A stretch of 64,000 nt of DNA from Eledone cirrhosa (GCA_964016885.1 OZ024741.1:173166001-173230000), one strand, 5' to 3'. Positions 15,363 through 29,718 are shown, counted from the stretch's first letter. The notes: a model not told the origin generated them from the sequence alone. Made by a program: numbers and translations.

Positions 15363-15825
15363 GAAATCAGAAATATCCACGGTTAGTTGTGGGGTCTAGT
15401 CTGCATGAAGAACTCAATGTAATCCATATGTTGAAATTTGAATAAAATTTTCATTGCTTTTGACAACGGCGGCTGACGATATAAACGTAGGTAAATATAT
15501 TCCTTATCTGATATTTTGTAACTAACCTTACATAGATCGATAACGAAATATGCGCACGATGTATTATTATCACCTAGAAACGATCGTAAAGCAGTGAAGT
15601 ATATTCCTAATGGCTTAATACGGGATGTTTGTTTACAAACACACCGAGCATTATAATAAATGTTCGGTGAATCCATACGTACATATATATATGTGTGCAT
15701 GTATGTATATATATATATACATACTACTGTACGTCTGTATACATATATGTATGTACGTGTACATACTTATATTTAAGTAACAGCCGTACTAAGAGTGGGA
15801 AATGAAATTTCGTTTCATTTTTTCC

Positions 15826-15993
<168 letters not shown>

Positions 15994-16144
15994 ACACGGG
16001 TGTGTATGATTGTGTATAGAAGATTATATTAATAAAAGGAATTCCAACTTTGTCTGATTTACTCGTTTTATTTACAATCCTTTAAAATTTATAATGGTAT
16101 TAGAATGAAATAGTATGGTAGAATATTAAATGTTAAGTGTTAAT

Positions 16145-16183
16145 TGAACAAGTACTTTCATGCTTTCGCAATCTTCAGGTTCA
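16145..16183 (-). ncRNA. 39-nt minimal type I hammerhead
   Basis: Minus strand: TGAAC-CTGAAGA-T-TGC(GAAA)GCA-T-GAA-AGTACT-T-GTTCA; 5-bp stem I, GNRA-capped stem II, palindromic stem III, CUU site. Confidence 0.78.
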
Positions 16184-16209
16184 TATTGTGTGGTGACAGT
16201 CATGTTTGC

Positions 16210-16452
16210 AATAGTGGTTAAAGCATTGGGCTTGCAATCGAAGGGTTGTGAGTTCAATTCTCGGACCGGGTAATGTGTTGTTTCCTTGAGCAAGACACTT
16301 TATTTTACGTTGCTCCAGTTTACTCAGCTGTAGAAATGAGTACCGGCCTGCCCGCCCAGCCAGTGGGATGGCGTTATCTTATGGCTAAAACAGCACGACG
16401 TGCTGTGACCAGCGGCGCCGATTGGCGCCCGACAGACTGGTCGGTCAAGGTG
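16210..16452 (+). mobile_element. V-domain-like tRNA SINE
   Basis: GAGTTCAATTCT B box, TCCTTGAGCAAGACACTTTATTTTACGTTGCTCCAG core. Confidence 0.7.
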
Positions 16453-16472
16453 ATATATATATATAAATACAT

Positions 16473-16508
<36 letters not shown>

Positions 16509-16908
16509 TTACTCAACCGAGTACGCATTTCTCTCAGCTGTCAACCCACATACGGTTATATGAATATTAGGGTCGCCCTTGGAAATAGGTAATTTTCCGA
16601 AATTTTCCGAAATTTTTGCAAGTTGCCTTCCCCGTTATATTTATTGTCACTTATCTTTCTCATACCAAGAATAAGTTTGAACAAGCTTTTAATTTAAGAG
16701 AAAATTATATAAGAGATAAAAAATGTTTATCTGTAAAAATGACTTTCTGGACGAAAACTTCAAAATTTCACTGTCGATGAGGGTCGCCTTGCAGTTGTCC
16801 ACCTGAGATAATATTTTGCATAGATTGTTATTTTGTTAATTAAAACAAGATAGCAGGATGGGAGCTAACATCTTAGAAAGTTGAAAATAAGAGCGCCCCC
16901 CCCCCTCC

Positions 16909-16943
<35 letters not shown>

Positions 16944-17319
16944 GAGAACAAGTTATAGTTTTAGGTAATCCAGTTAGGCGTTGTGAGTGCTCTGTACTAT
17001 GGATTGTTTTAACGTACGGCGTTGTTTAACTCAACAAGAGGTTTCCTTAGTTAGCGAGTTTGAGAGAATTCCCATGCAGGTTATTCTTGGAGTAATAGTA
17101 GTGAAAGAGTGAAGAATAACATGGTCGGCTGTACAAAAAGGGTTTTATTTACAGTATTAACAATTGTTTCATTGATCAGGTGAGTCTAAAGGCCTGTAAT
17201 CACTCGAAGTTGTGTCTCTCTACCTTAAATACAGTGCGTGTCTCTTATCAAAACTTCGGAATATATTCCTAGGGTGGTTGGAGTGTCTGTTGACCTACTT
17301 CAGATTTTCGTTGGGTTTA

Positions 17320-18300
17320 AACCCAACATTATTTACCTGTACGATGTCACAGCCGGCTGAAAAGAGTACTCCTACATAGGGGCGACCTCGACTACGTTTA
17401 AGGAGCGTTGGTATAACCACAAAAACTCCTTCAAACACAGGCCCAAACGCTCCCAAACCAGACTGGCGGACTTGATCTGGGACCTCAAAGACAAGAACAT
17501 GGAATACCAGATCAAATGGTCAGTTAAAAGACGCGTAGCCCAACTCCCCAACGACAGAAAACACTGCAGGTTATGCCTGGCCGAGGCGGCTGAGATCATT
17601 AAATTAAAATCAAGATCTGACATAATAATAAACTGCAGACACACCAAGATGGACACCTTCTCCGCACAAACATTCGGTCGAGGGCCAACGACTAACCCTG
17701 ACTCAACATAGGGATAACCATCTTTGCCTTACCACACCGTCCCTCATCTCAGTACCTTTGTCTTCTCTAACATGTAACCCATTGTAAGATCCGATCTTGT
17801 AAATATCATGTCGCACCCAAATATCTGCCACATCTACCGACAACCAGCACCCCTACACCACCCCCCACTTCAGCCTACCCCCGACACCACCAACTTATCA
17901 CCCCACCCACCCACCCACCCCCCACATACACTATAGGCAGAAATATCCCTATGAATTAATCCAACAATCAAAACAAACTTCACCATAGGAACATCAGACC
18001 TTCTCATACGCCACGTATATTCATTGTTCCATTAACATTACAAGGGCTCTGACGAGCCGCGGATTACAGAGTCGGGTTAGATCGATACAGATCGAACCTT
18101 GAGCTGATCATTGGCGAAACGCGCGTCACCAACCAATAAACGTAATGAAGGAGTAACCAATCGTCCTTGTTATTTTATTTCACTATTATACACTCTGTTT
18201 AGCTCTACACCTCGACACTGAAGTGAACCTAAACATCGAGTGCTCACCCGGGTTAACCTACAGTAACTCCAAGTTACACTCCCTAAACTAATCAATTCAG
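17320..18300 (+). mobile_element. 5'-truncated PLE: GIY-YIG remnant (to 17711) plus 3' UTR/pLTR with hammerhead
   Basis: NIIYLYDV...YSYIGATSTTFKERWYNHKNSF...TRLADLIWDLKD...IKW...CRLCLAE...CRH. Confidence 0.88.
18044..18131 (+). ncRNA. Type I hammerhead with long stem II; stem I weak
   Basis: CTGACGA (18049) GCC...~55 nt...GGC GAA ACGCGCGT C; palindromic stem III, GUC site, AATAAA ~8 nt downstream. Confidence 0.6.
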
Positions 18301-18584
18301 AAATGATTCCACCGCCCCCGCATAATTAACTTACTGTTAAAAAATGTGAATAAAAAGAAACCATTACATTACTGTAAAAGGGGCGACATTTCGAACGTTC
18401 ACTATAAGTATGTAAACCTATGTATTAGTTTTGGAATAAATTTAAATATTACTATGTTTAATTTTATAGTCACATTTCTTAACAGCAAACTAATTATGGT
18501 CCAACCCCTATATATCTGTGTATGCGTGTGTATGTGTGTAATTCTCTCTTTTTCTCTCTCTCTCTCTCTCGCTCTCTCTCTCTC

Positions 18585-18647
<63 letters not shown>

Positions 18648-18649
<2 letters not shown>

Positions 18650-18864
18650 CGGAGGAGTTGTGGTGAGAAACCAGATGGACCATGACGCACCAGAAGACTC
18701 AATACTTAGGGTAGTAGAGTGGGTAATAGGAAAAAGTGTAACCCCGACGGCAGAGCTCAAGCAGTTTCGACGGCTATTTCTGGACTAAATTAGAATTTTT
18801 AGCGTGGTAGACCAGAAATAGTCGTCGAGACGACTTGAGCTCTGCCGTCGGAGTTAAACCTTTT

Positions 18865-18868
<4 letters not shown>
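18648..18868 (-). mobile_element. ORF-less PLE pLTR fold-back (family shared with 18940-20745 and 39412-39626)
   Basis: 18811-18868 is an inverted copy of ~18729-18785; flanked by (TA)n. Confidence 0.8.
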
Positions 18869-18939
<71 letters not shown>

Positions 18940-18941
<2 letters not shown>

Positions 18942-20745
18942 CGGAGGAGTTGTGGTGAGAAACCAGATGGACCATAACGCACCAGAGTACTTAATACTTA
19001 GGGTAGTAGAGTGGGTAATAGGAGAAAGTATGACCCCGACGGCAGAGCTCAAGCCGTTTCGAAGGCTATTTCTGGACTAAAGTAAGTGTGTTTTTAGTCT
19101 GGTAAATAAATACCCGAATTTTCAAGGGTACTTCCTTATATGGAAAGATTGTAGTGGTCAAGGGGATTGGTCAAAATTTGTAGCGGACACCGAAAAGTCT
19201 ATCATGGCAGTGGGTGCGGGGTGGGGATGGCTGAACTTGCCTGTAAAACGATAGGGGAGTGGGTAGAGCCGGTCAAGCGTAGAAGGTGAAATCTACACGG
19301 CAAATTCTAAGGAATGTGTATGAAAGTAGGCCAGAGGAGGTTGGCAAAAAATGGTATCTTTAGAAAGTGGAGGAGGGATGTTATAGAAATAGGAAATCAA
19401 ATGCGATTAGGGGACAAAGAAAAAATATAATAAAAAAGAATATAATAAAAAATGAGAGAAAGATGTAACAGAAAGTAAGATTGGAAAGTGAGAAGTGAAA
19501 TAAGGAGTCTAACACAGCTGCTATATTTCGGCCAAAGCCACAGAATGAGTTGCTAGATGAGAATAATTGAAAAATTTAGAATGAAAAATTAATACCACAT
19601 ATCTGAGGTGTAACACAGCTGCTATGAATAGTTAGTATAGCGTAATCGGTAAATACTATCTGTAAGTTCCTGGGGTGGGGGTACTGAGGCTAAAGAGGCC
19701 CGATGGGCTGCCTCGGGGTGGGCGAAAGGGGAAAAAAACCAAAGAAACGACCGAGGAAGAAGTTCGGTGGTGGAAAGAAGAGATAGGCGGAGACAAAGGG
19801 AAGAAGAAAACATGGAGGAAAATAAAAGCGGTACATCTACCTATATCAGTAGGGGTTTACCCTATCTTATTCGGCAAGGGGGGCGTTTCAGCCCTAGTCT
19901 ACCCACCCGGATCGTTAGGGGGTTTGAGGGCGAGGTAGGTCTTCCGCAATCTGTATTTGCATGCAGTTACCAGTTCGTCTTTTTTGTTTAGGAGTTGATC
20001 CTTCGTAAACAGCATTTGTAATGTTTCCTCCGAGCATAAGTTACACGGACGGCGTCCTCCCGTGTAAGAGTTAGCTCTGGACAGTAAGCTCCAAGTAAGA
20101 TGGTAAGTTACATTATTATCTTGGAGGTCCCGGATATGGCCCGAAAGTGTGGTGGCATGTCGCCGGACCGGGTTCCAGAACGTAATTTTTCAATTATTCT
20201 CATCGAGCAACTCATTCTGTGGCTTTGGCCGAAATATAGCAGCTGTGTTAGACTCCTTATTTCACTTCTCACTTTCCAATCTTACATTCTGTTACATCTT
20301 TCTCTCGTGTTTTATTATATTCTTTTTTATTATATTGTTTTCTTTGTCCCCTAATCGCATTTTATTTACTATTTCTATAACGTCCCTCCTCCACTTTCTA
20401 AAGATACCATTTTTTGCCTACCTCCTCTGGCCTACTTTCATATACATTCCTTATAATTTGCCGTGTAGATTTCACATTCTACGCTTGACCGGCTCTACCC
20501 TCTCCCCTATCGTTCTACAGGCAAGTTCAGCCATCCCCACCCCGCACCCACTGCCATGATAGACTTTTTCGGTGTCCGCTACAAATTTTGACCAATCCCA
20601 TTGACAACTACAATCTTTACATATAAGGAAGTACCCTTGAAAAGTTCGGTTATTTATTTACTAGACTAAAAAGACTCTTACTTTAGTCCAGAAATAGCCT
20701 TCGAAACGACTTGAGCTCTGCCATCGGGGTCATACTTTCTCCTCT
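18940..20745 (-). mobile_element. 5'-truncated PLE with GIY-YIG C-terminal remnant (20180-19899) and inverted pLTR (20183-20745 vs ~19020-19575)
   Basis: Minus frame: ...RHATTLSGHIRDLQDNNVTYHLTWSLLSRANSYTGGRRPCNLCSEE...LLNKKDELVTACKYR...KPP; ~550-bp inverted arms. Confidence 0.88.
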
Positions 20746-20752
20746 CTCTCTG

Positions 20753-20796
<44 letters not shown>

Positions 20797-20921
20797 AAAG
20801 TTCTATTTAAAATCGTTGGGATACAAGTAAATATTTTTATAACTGATATAAAGCACTCGACAAGTATTTGGAGTAGATATACGATATTAATAAATGGAAG
20901 CTATATTTATAAAACCATATT

Positions 20922-20986
20922 TATTTCATTATACATATTTCAGGGATACCAAATTAAATTATGGTATGCCTTCATCAGACAAAATA
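20922..20986 (-). ncRNA. Type I hammerhead in PLE 3' pLTR
   Basis: Reverse complement of 24767-24831. Confidence 0.72.
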
Positions 20987-23900
20987 CAATATATAACAGT
21001 TTTACAAATAAGCTTTGACGTACCCTTTTAAAATGCAACCATTATTTTTGGAAGCCATCTGGATAGTGAATTGTTTATATTATTTTAATAAGTCTTAGTG
21101 TTAAGGACAATTAGAAAAAGACGGAGAGAAAGAAAAAAGACGGAGAGAGAGAAAAAAAGAAAAAGAAAAAGAAAAAAACGTGGAGAAATATCGGAGAAAG
21201 AGAAATGCATGGAGAAAAAAGAGAGAGATAAATAAAGACAGGAGGAAAGAAAGAAAAAAGAAAAAAGGAAGAAATAAGAAAAACAGAGGAAAGCAACAGA
21301 GAGATATCAAGTCATCAGACAGATAGAAAGACTCAAGAGAGAGAAATAATATATAGAGAGAGGGGGAGATAATGAAAACTTTACGTCATGTCATATTAAG
21401 TTGAGTTAACAATTTATATGAAATGAATAATAAAAATAAAAATATAAATATTAATATTCATGAATGGGACATAAATATATAATATGAGAAATTAAACATT
21501 GTTTAATAATGATTATATGTTTAGTTTAAAACTTGAGATCAATATACTAAAATTTGAGTTTAAGCATCCAAAATGTACACATTGCTAGAGAAACCGCTTA
21601 CGGCAAAGATAGACAAATATATATATATATATATATACACACGTCCTGAAAATAGAAATTATATCTACTCAGGTCTACAATATAGACATACAAAACGCAA
21701 ATGATTTCTCTTAATCACTGCTATACATTCCTTGTTTTATAAAAAGTTCACAGTATATATACATAAATATATACGATTAACTTTCATGCCTTCATATATA
21801 CGATTACCATTCATGCATTTAACATTCTGTTAAAATTATGCATATCTGCAATCAAAACTGCGTGGGTAGGCATGCACACACATAACTCTCACCCACACAC
21901 ATACATATACATATATATATATACACATACATATGTATAAATAAATATTTGCGTGCGTCTTCACCAATTGTTAGACCCGCGTCGGTCATGTACACATACA
22001 CACAGATATACAATCATAAAAAAAACATATAACACTTTTATATGCATCTTAATACACACATACACATTTGTATAGAGATAATCAAATATCAATATATTAC
22101 TAAAGGATTATACTTTGGAAATATAATTATAACAATATAAATTTAAAATACCAAAGGATTATATTTTGGAAATACAATTATATCAGTATAGTCTAAAGGA
22201 CAAACGAATTCTAGAAATATCAAAACATTAAATATCTTTAAAACACTATAGAGTATCTTAAGTTAAAATAATATGTTTCATATATTTAGTATAGAAATTT
22301 ATCCTACGTATATTTTAATCAAGATATTGAAAGGGTAGACTTATGAAAATTATGAGAAGCTATCAGAATCAAAACAAACCTAATAAAATAAATAAAAATT
22401 AAAATTAAAATTAAAATTAAAATTAAAATTAAAATTAAAATAAAAGTTAAATAAATATTATATCAATATAATTTAAAAATTTAAAAATTTTAAAAAAAGT
22501 TTTAAAAATTAAAAAATTTAAAAATTTAAAAAATTTAAAAAAGCCAAGGATTCTACAGATATCCTTATATTTAGTATAGAAATTTATCTTACGTATATTT
22601 TATTTAAGACATTGGAAGTATAAACATTTTAGAGTAGTTTATTATATCTATGTTTATATTTAGGAAGAAAATTTTAAAAGAAAAAGGTGAAGGAATCTAA
22701 TGATTTATCGACAGGTTTCATATATTAACTAAATTACTTAATTAATTATACTACATTTTAAATTTATATTTATATTTAAACGTTGAGTTCAATCTATGTC
22801 TGCAGCAACTGAATAAATTATTCCTTAAATTAAGGGAATTTTTGGACTTTAATATAAAGAATATTTCTTCAATACAAAGATCACAATTTTCTGAAGAGGA
22901 ATTAAAAGGAGTAGCTTATGAAATAATATTCCAAGTCATCGAATATTTAACATTATCTCGTTTAAGGTCCCATAGTAGGCTAGATAGCGAAGTTGAAGAT
23001 TTTTTGTTTGGATCTGTGAAAGAATTTTTATGATTATTGAAGCGAAATTTAAATTCTGTAGAGGTAGAACCGACATAGTTAAATGAATTTAAATTAGTTT
23101 TAACATTACAACTGTACACTACATGTTTAGCTAAGCAGTTGTTATTTAACCGACAGTTAGATTTATTTCTACAGTTACAGTTATTCAATTGAATATTGCT
23201 TGGGTTATTATTGGTATTTTGGTTAGGTTTTAAGTTTCTATTATTAATTCTATTAATATTTTGTGCTAAATTTTGGTGGACGAGTAGGTTAATTTTATAG
23301 TATGTCTATTAAAAATTGAGTAATATTTATGTGTTCTAGGGAAGCGTTTGTCAAGAGCTTTAAAGAATAGTTTAGCAATAGGGGTTTTAATATTTAGTGA
23401 GAAAGGGGGAGCAAACCATAATATATTTCTAGTTCTTTTTCGGCTTTTGGAATTATTGTAATGTTTTCTATTATAGTTGTTAAAGTTGTTACCATAATTA
23501 AAATTGTTATTATTTTGGTTAGTTTGCTTATTATTATTATTATCGATGTATTTAATTTTATTTCTATATCCAGCTCTACCTAACGCTTCGTTGTAATACT
23601 GCGCTTTTTCATGAAATATATTTTTTATTAGATGAAATTCTTGAAATTCGTTCTTGAACAGAGTTCACTATAGTATTTTTAACAGATCTGGGGTGATTAG
23701 AGTTAAAATTAACATAATTCAAGACCTCATTTAGTTTGTGAAATGGATAATGAAGACATGTGTTGAGATTTAGTGTTACATCAAGAAAATTGACTATTTT
23801 ATGGTTATTCTCTATTTCTACTTTTAGATTAAGGTAATTAAAAAATTGTATAATTTGTTTTCTTTTTCTATTTAGTTCACAGCTATTATTTTCTATAAGT

Positions 23901-24766
23901 AAAAGCATGTCATCACGATATAAGCCTCCGGTTACACCTGGTATTTTTCTATGTAGCGAATTAATTATAAATAGGCCCACAAGGTCCGTTACCTGAGCTG
24001 AGTCTGATGATCCCATAGTTATGTCGAAATTATTATTTCTATCTGCCCTAGTCCAGAGTTGGTTATTAAATTCTATCAATGTTTTCCTTGCCGATAATAT
24101 AATGTGCATTTCATTGCTAGTTAGGTCTGTATGTTTAAATGCGTAATTTAGTGCCTTATTCAGTAGATTAGGAGTGATAGATGAATAGTAGTTAGCAATA
24201 TCCAGCTGAATAAACTTATTATTATAGTTATATTTAATTTCTTTAAACCAATCGATAACCTCACTAGTCCCTTTCCATAATTTTAAGTAAGATAAATTAG
24301 GTAAGTTTTTAATTTGTTGTATTACTCTGTCTAGAATATTTTTGTTAAATTTGCCCAGGTCAGATTTAGATGGTGCAATTAATCTGACTGGTAAATCATT
24401 TTCAAAGTTTCTTTTGTGATCCTTCATATTGATCTTAGGTTTCCTAGGCATGAAGGGTTGTGTTTTATTCTCAATGTCTAATTCATGCATTATACAAGAT
24501 GCATCTGTATTCAGTTTTTCAAGTTCGTCCTTATTTGCTACCTTGTACTTTTTCCTTAGTTCCTTCAATATAAGGTCGTTATAAATGTCCTTTTGTATTC
24601 CATAAAGATTATTAGTTTTGTCCGACTTCACTAGAATTTTCTCTGTTTTCTCCAAGTTTTCAATATTATCCTTAATACTTCTTAAGTAATCCAGATGGCT
24701 TCCAAAAATAATGGTTGCATTTTAAAAGGGTACGTCAAAGCTTATTTGTAAAACTGTTATATATTG

Positions 24767-24831
24767 TATTTTGTCTGATGAAGGCATACCATAATTTAAT
24801 TTGGTATCCCTGAAATATGTATAATGAAATA
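24767..24831 (+). ncRNA. Type I hammerhead (inverted pLTR copy)
   Basis: TATTTTGT-CTGATGA-AGGcATACCA(10 nt)TGGTATcCCT-GAA-ATA(tg)TAT-A-ATGAAATA; stem I 8 bp with 2 GU pairs, AUA site. Confidence 0.72.
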
Positions 24832-24870
24832 AATATGGTTTTATAAATATAGTTTCCATTTATTAATATC

Positions 24871-24972
<102 letters not shown>

Positions 24973-25131
24973 TGAGAGACATGCCATTTAATCCTGGTAT
25001 GTATATAAGTATTTCTAACTTTAATTTTATACCTAATTGTGTATGGTTGACAGAATATTTAATTAATTTCCACGTGCTGTTGAAATGTTGGATAGATATT
25101 TTGTGGCGGTTGGCCGCGAAGACGCTGCTAT

Positions 25132-25188
<57 letters not shown>

Positions 25189-25427
25189 TGAGAGACATGC
25201 CAAAGTAGAAAAATATAGAAAGGAGAGAACTAATAAAACAGAAGAGAAAAGACTGTTGTTCAATGTGCAGACAAAAAAGGACACTGGGGCATAGAAAAGG
25301 TAAAAGGGGACAATATATATATGTATGTGTGAGATGGCAACATGAATGGACATGTCATTTTTCTCTAAAAACATGTTTTCTAATTCCACCCTGCCCGTCC
25401 CTTCAATCTTTCTAATTTTTCATTCTT

Positions 25428-25462
25428 TCTTCTGATGAAGGACTAGCGTGCGAAACGTCAAA
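25428..25462 (+). ncRNA. Degenerate minimal hammerhead core
   Basis: CTGATGA-13 nt-GAA-ACGT-C-AA; core and loopless palindromic stem III intact, stems I and II poor. Confidence 0.45.
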
Positions 25463-25550
25463 TCCTCTTCCTGCTATTTCAAGCATTAAACTAATATATT
25501 CCTTCCATATACTGTATTTATTGTGTTGTTATTTCTGTTTAACTTTTAAA

Positions 25551-25660
<110 letters not shown>

Positions 25661-25724
25661 CGTAAGATAAGAAAATTATAAAATTAAAAAAAAATTATAA
25701 AATTGACTTACTTACTAAAATATC

Positions 25725-25806
25725 ACTTCCAACTAATTAGTTTCTGGAATGGAGTAAATATATTTTCCGAAGAATATATCGAAAAGCATTCCGTCGTCAG
25801 GAAAGT
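25725..25806 (-). ncRNA. Type I hammerhead with extended stem II (cUUCGg-capped)
   Basis: Minus: ACTTTC-CTGACGA-C-GGAATG...ATATATTcTTCGgaaAATATAT...CATTCC-A-GAA-ACTAATTAGT-T-GGAAGT; GUU site. Confidence 0.72.
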
Positions 25807-26065
25807 CTATTTTCATGTAAGTTACCAGGCATAGCGAGGACTCTGGAAACTTATTAAAAAAATAATTCAGTGGAAAGGAAATAGCGAAGCGTGGACTGAA
25901 ATCCTAGCCATTGAGAAAATCACTGCCTCTACGTCTGTGGCTAATTCAAAGAGAATCAATCACGTGACATCGAGGTCAATCAGTGGAAAGCGAGTTGTTA
26001 ATAAGACAGCGGCCTGCCTACTACTATAGCAGCAGTCATGGCCAATATTGCTCAACAAATGAATT

Positions 26066-26123
<58 letters not shown>

Positions 26124-26791
26124 AATATATATATATCCAATAATATATATACAGCATTTCAACTCCCAATTAGCATAATTAACCACACAAAAAATTAAAT
26201 AGACCAGGCTATAAGATTAAAAGGCACATATGAAGAAACAGTAAATAAATATACCATAGCAGCGTCTTCGCGGCCAACCGCCATAAAATATCTATCCAAC
26301 ATTTCAACAGCACGTGGAAATTAATTAAATATACGGTCAACCATACACAATTAGGTATAAAATTAAAGTTAGAAATGCTTATATACATACCAGGATTAAA
26401 TCACTAAATCCCTACCATGGTTTCCTTCGTATTTTGAGATATCCTATTAAGGATAAACCTCGAACTTGTCAGGGGACAAACTCGCTAGGGCAAATTTTTT
26501 TCCGAAGTGGCCCCCGCCAAACACGAATTCAAAATGGCTTAGAACTGTGACGTGGCAGTGGTCAAGTCAAAAAGAGTGTGATTGGTTGCTTACGGCGAGT
26601 GGGTTGGTTGCTAGAAAGCGCAGCCCAATATCGCCCAAATTGTGTCTCAAGCTTACGGGTGATAATTAAATATAAATATTTACATATACACCAATTAAAC
26701 AAAGTCACAGATATATATGTGTTTTGGCAACCATTCACGATGTGGCTCAATGAAGAATTAATAAATTAAATAATCAGAGCAAAATACTATA

Positions 26792-27867
26792 CACCACCAT
26801 TACACTACTCCGACCACCACCATTACACTACTCCGACCACCACCACTACACTACTCCGACCACCACCATTACACTACTCCGACCACCACCATTACACTAC
26901 TCCGACCACCACCATTACACTACTCCGACCACCACCACTACACTACTCCGACCACCACCAATACACTACTCCGACCACCACCATCACACTACTCCGACCA
27001 CCACATTACACTACTCCGACCACCACCACTACACTACTCCGACCACCACCATTACATTACTCCGACCACCACCACTACACTACTCCGACCACCACCATCA
27101 CACTACTCCGACCACCACCATTACACTACTCCGACCACCACCATTACACTACTCCGACCACCACCACTACACTACTCCGACCACCACCACTACACTACTC
27201 CGACCACCACCATTACACTACTCCGACCACCACCATTACACTACTCCGACCACCACCATCACACTACTCCGACCACCACCATTACACTACTCCGACCACC
27301 ACCACTACACTACTCCGACCACCACCATTACACTACTCCGACCACCACCACTACACTACTCCGACCACCACCATTACACTACTCCGACCACCACCACTAC
27401 ACTACTCCGACCACCACCACTACACTACTCCGACCACCACCATTACACTACTCCGACCACCACCATTACACTACTCCGACCACCACCACTACACTACTCC
27501 GACCACCACCATTACACTACTCCGACCACCACCATTACACTACTCCGACCACCACCACTACACTACTCCGACCACCACCATCACACTACTCCGACCACCA
27601 CCATTACACTACTCCGACCACCACCATTACACTACTCCGACCACCACCATTACACTACTCCGACCACCACCACTACACTACTCCGACCACCACCATTACA
27701 CTACTCCGACCACCACCATTACACTACTCCGACCACCACCATTACACTACTCCGACCACCACCACTACACTACTCCGACCACCACCATTACACTACTCCG
27801 ACCACCACCATTACACTACTCCGACCACCACCACTACACTACTCCGACCACCACCTTTACACTACTC
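26792..27867. repeat. 23-bp minisatellite, ~46 copies (ACACTACTCCGACCACCACCAYT)
   Basis: Direct tandem; variation almost confined to the ATT/ACT/ATC triplet; no spacers. Confidence 0.97.
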
Positions 27868-28014
27868 TTACTTTTGCTGTCCAACAACTCCTTCCATCAC
27901 CATTCCAACTACTCCTACCACTATTATTGCACTATTCATAATACCACTGTTTCACTCCCTCTTACATCACCTGATGTCGGAACTTAATAAAGGGCTGTCA
28001 AAAAGCCAAAAATT

Positions 28015-29390
28015 TAGGGAGAGGTGTAAGTAGATTGTATCGGACCCCTTGCCGATCAGGTACTTAATTTTATTGACCACGAAAGGATGAAAAGCAAAGT
28101 TGGCGGCTGTGGGACTTGAACTCAGAACGTAGAAAGTTGTAGTTAAATACTGCAAAGTATTTTGTCTGGCGCTATAACGATTCTGCTAATCTACCACCCT
28201 AGGGACCTATGTGGACTAGTAATTGGGAGTCTTGGACTCACAATCGTAAGGTCATGGGATCAATCACCGAACCAGGCGGCGTATTGTGTCCTTCAGCAAA
28301 TAATTTTGTGTCCCTTTGTTCCAGTCAACATTGCTGAAGATTTGTATACCAGCAGCAAGCTGGAGAAGGTGACCTTGAATCAAACAGCCTTGAACTCTCA
28401 GTCGCTTAATGCCTCATAAAACCGGGATAAGCTTTGGCCTGATGAGTCTCTGAATTTGGGACATACTTTTACTGTTGTATTCCTCTCGGTACTCGCAGAG
28501 AAAACACAACGAGTTATATCAAATAATTTGTGTATTGTACGAAACAACCAAAACGCCCCTCCTCACAGTAGCAGAATAACATAAAGTAAGTCCCAGCAGC
28601 AGTCTGTGACCGAGTTTTTAATACCAACGCTGAGGTCACGTGATTCATATGCAAATGTGTGAGCACGTGTAAATTGAATAAAACGCATTTAACAGTCCAT
28701 AGAACAATGAGGTTGTGAGTTCGATTCCCAGTCCATACAACATTTACATAAAGTGATGACTAAAGAAGGTGGCGAATTGGTAGGGCCGCTAGAACGACGA
28801 AACAATGCTTGACAGTATTTGTTCCGGATCTCTGCGCTCTGAGTTCAAATTCCTCTGACGTCAACTTTGCTTTTCTTCCTTTGAAAGTCGATAAATAAAA
28901 TAGTGGGTCAGTATAGGAGTCAATACTTCCTCTATATCTCTTTCTCACGTTCACTTATTCACTCTCGCTCTCTCTTTCACTCAAAGAAACCGGTTGTGTT
29001 CACACTTAGAAAGGGATGGGTTCCACCAGGTTTAAATGGTCAAAACACGCAGTAATATCACTACACCGTCCTTACGAAAAAAATCAGTGGTTAAAGGCCC
29101 ATGCATGAGTAGTCAAATCACTAATTATTTCTTTATTCCATCAATAAATACTAGCCGTAATTAGAACCAGGGCCATAAACTCTAAAGCATGTCATACCGA
29201 AACGATTGTTGGAAAGACACTAGTCAAAGGTGACAAATTGGCAAAGTGGTTAGAGCATCGGTTAGATTGTCTTGTGCTATGTGTTTCACTTCACCCTTTT
29301 CTGGGTTCAAATCCCACCGTGTTCAACTTAGCCTTTCAAACTTTAGGGGCCAGGAAATAATGTAGCAGTTTAATACTGAAGTCGATTCTC
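28015..29390. mobile_element. Several old degenerate SINEs (~28015-28200 minus, 28200-28470, 28786-28930, 29228-29390 plus)
   Basis: B-box GAGTTCAAAT/GGGTTCAAATCCC and decayed CAACTTTGCTTTTC..CCTTT cores. Confidence 0.6.
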
Positions 29391-29411
29391 CTGTCTCTTT
29401 TTCTACCATAC

Positions 29412-29503
<92 letters not shown>

Positions 29504-29718
29504 CTCTCTCTGCCTGACGCGTGGAACATCGCCGGTAAGATTTTTTGTAAATTTATATACGAAAAACAGAACAAATTGTTTGAAAAAACATATTATTTTG
29601 TAGATTAACCCCCAAGCTGAATTGTCAGCTGGGTGGTAATCCCATTTTTCGACCCTTTAGGGGCGAAAATTTAAATTAAAAATTGTTTTAAAATATCAAA
29701 TTTTGCCAACTATAAAAC

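Noticed and set aside
16564-16915. MITE with ATATTAGGG/CCCTAATAT ends
   Set aside because: 9-bp inverted match including TA is too short to support alone
17155-17215. Hammerhead-like GAAACAATTGTT with stem II (minus)
   Set aside because: CUGANGA is reduced to CTTCGA and stem I does not pair; at most a decayed relic
26792-27867. CRISPR-like regular array
   Set aside because: Contiguous 23-bp units with no unique spacers, no cas genes, eukaryotic context
28436-28470. CTGATGA-GTCTC...GGGAC
   Set aside because: No GAAA/NUH half; it is a SINE 3' tail
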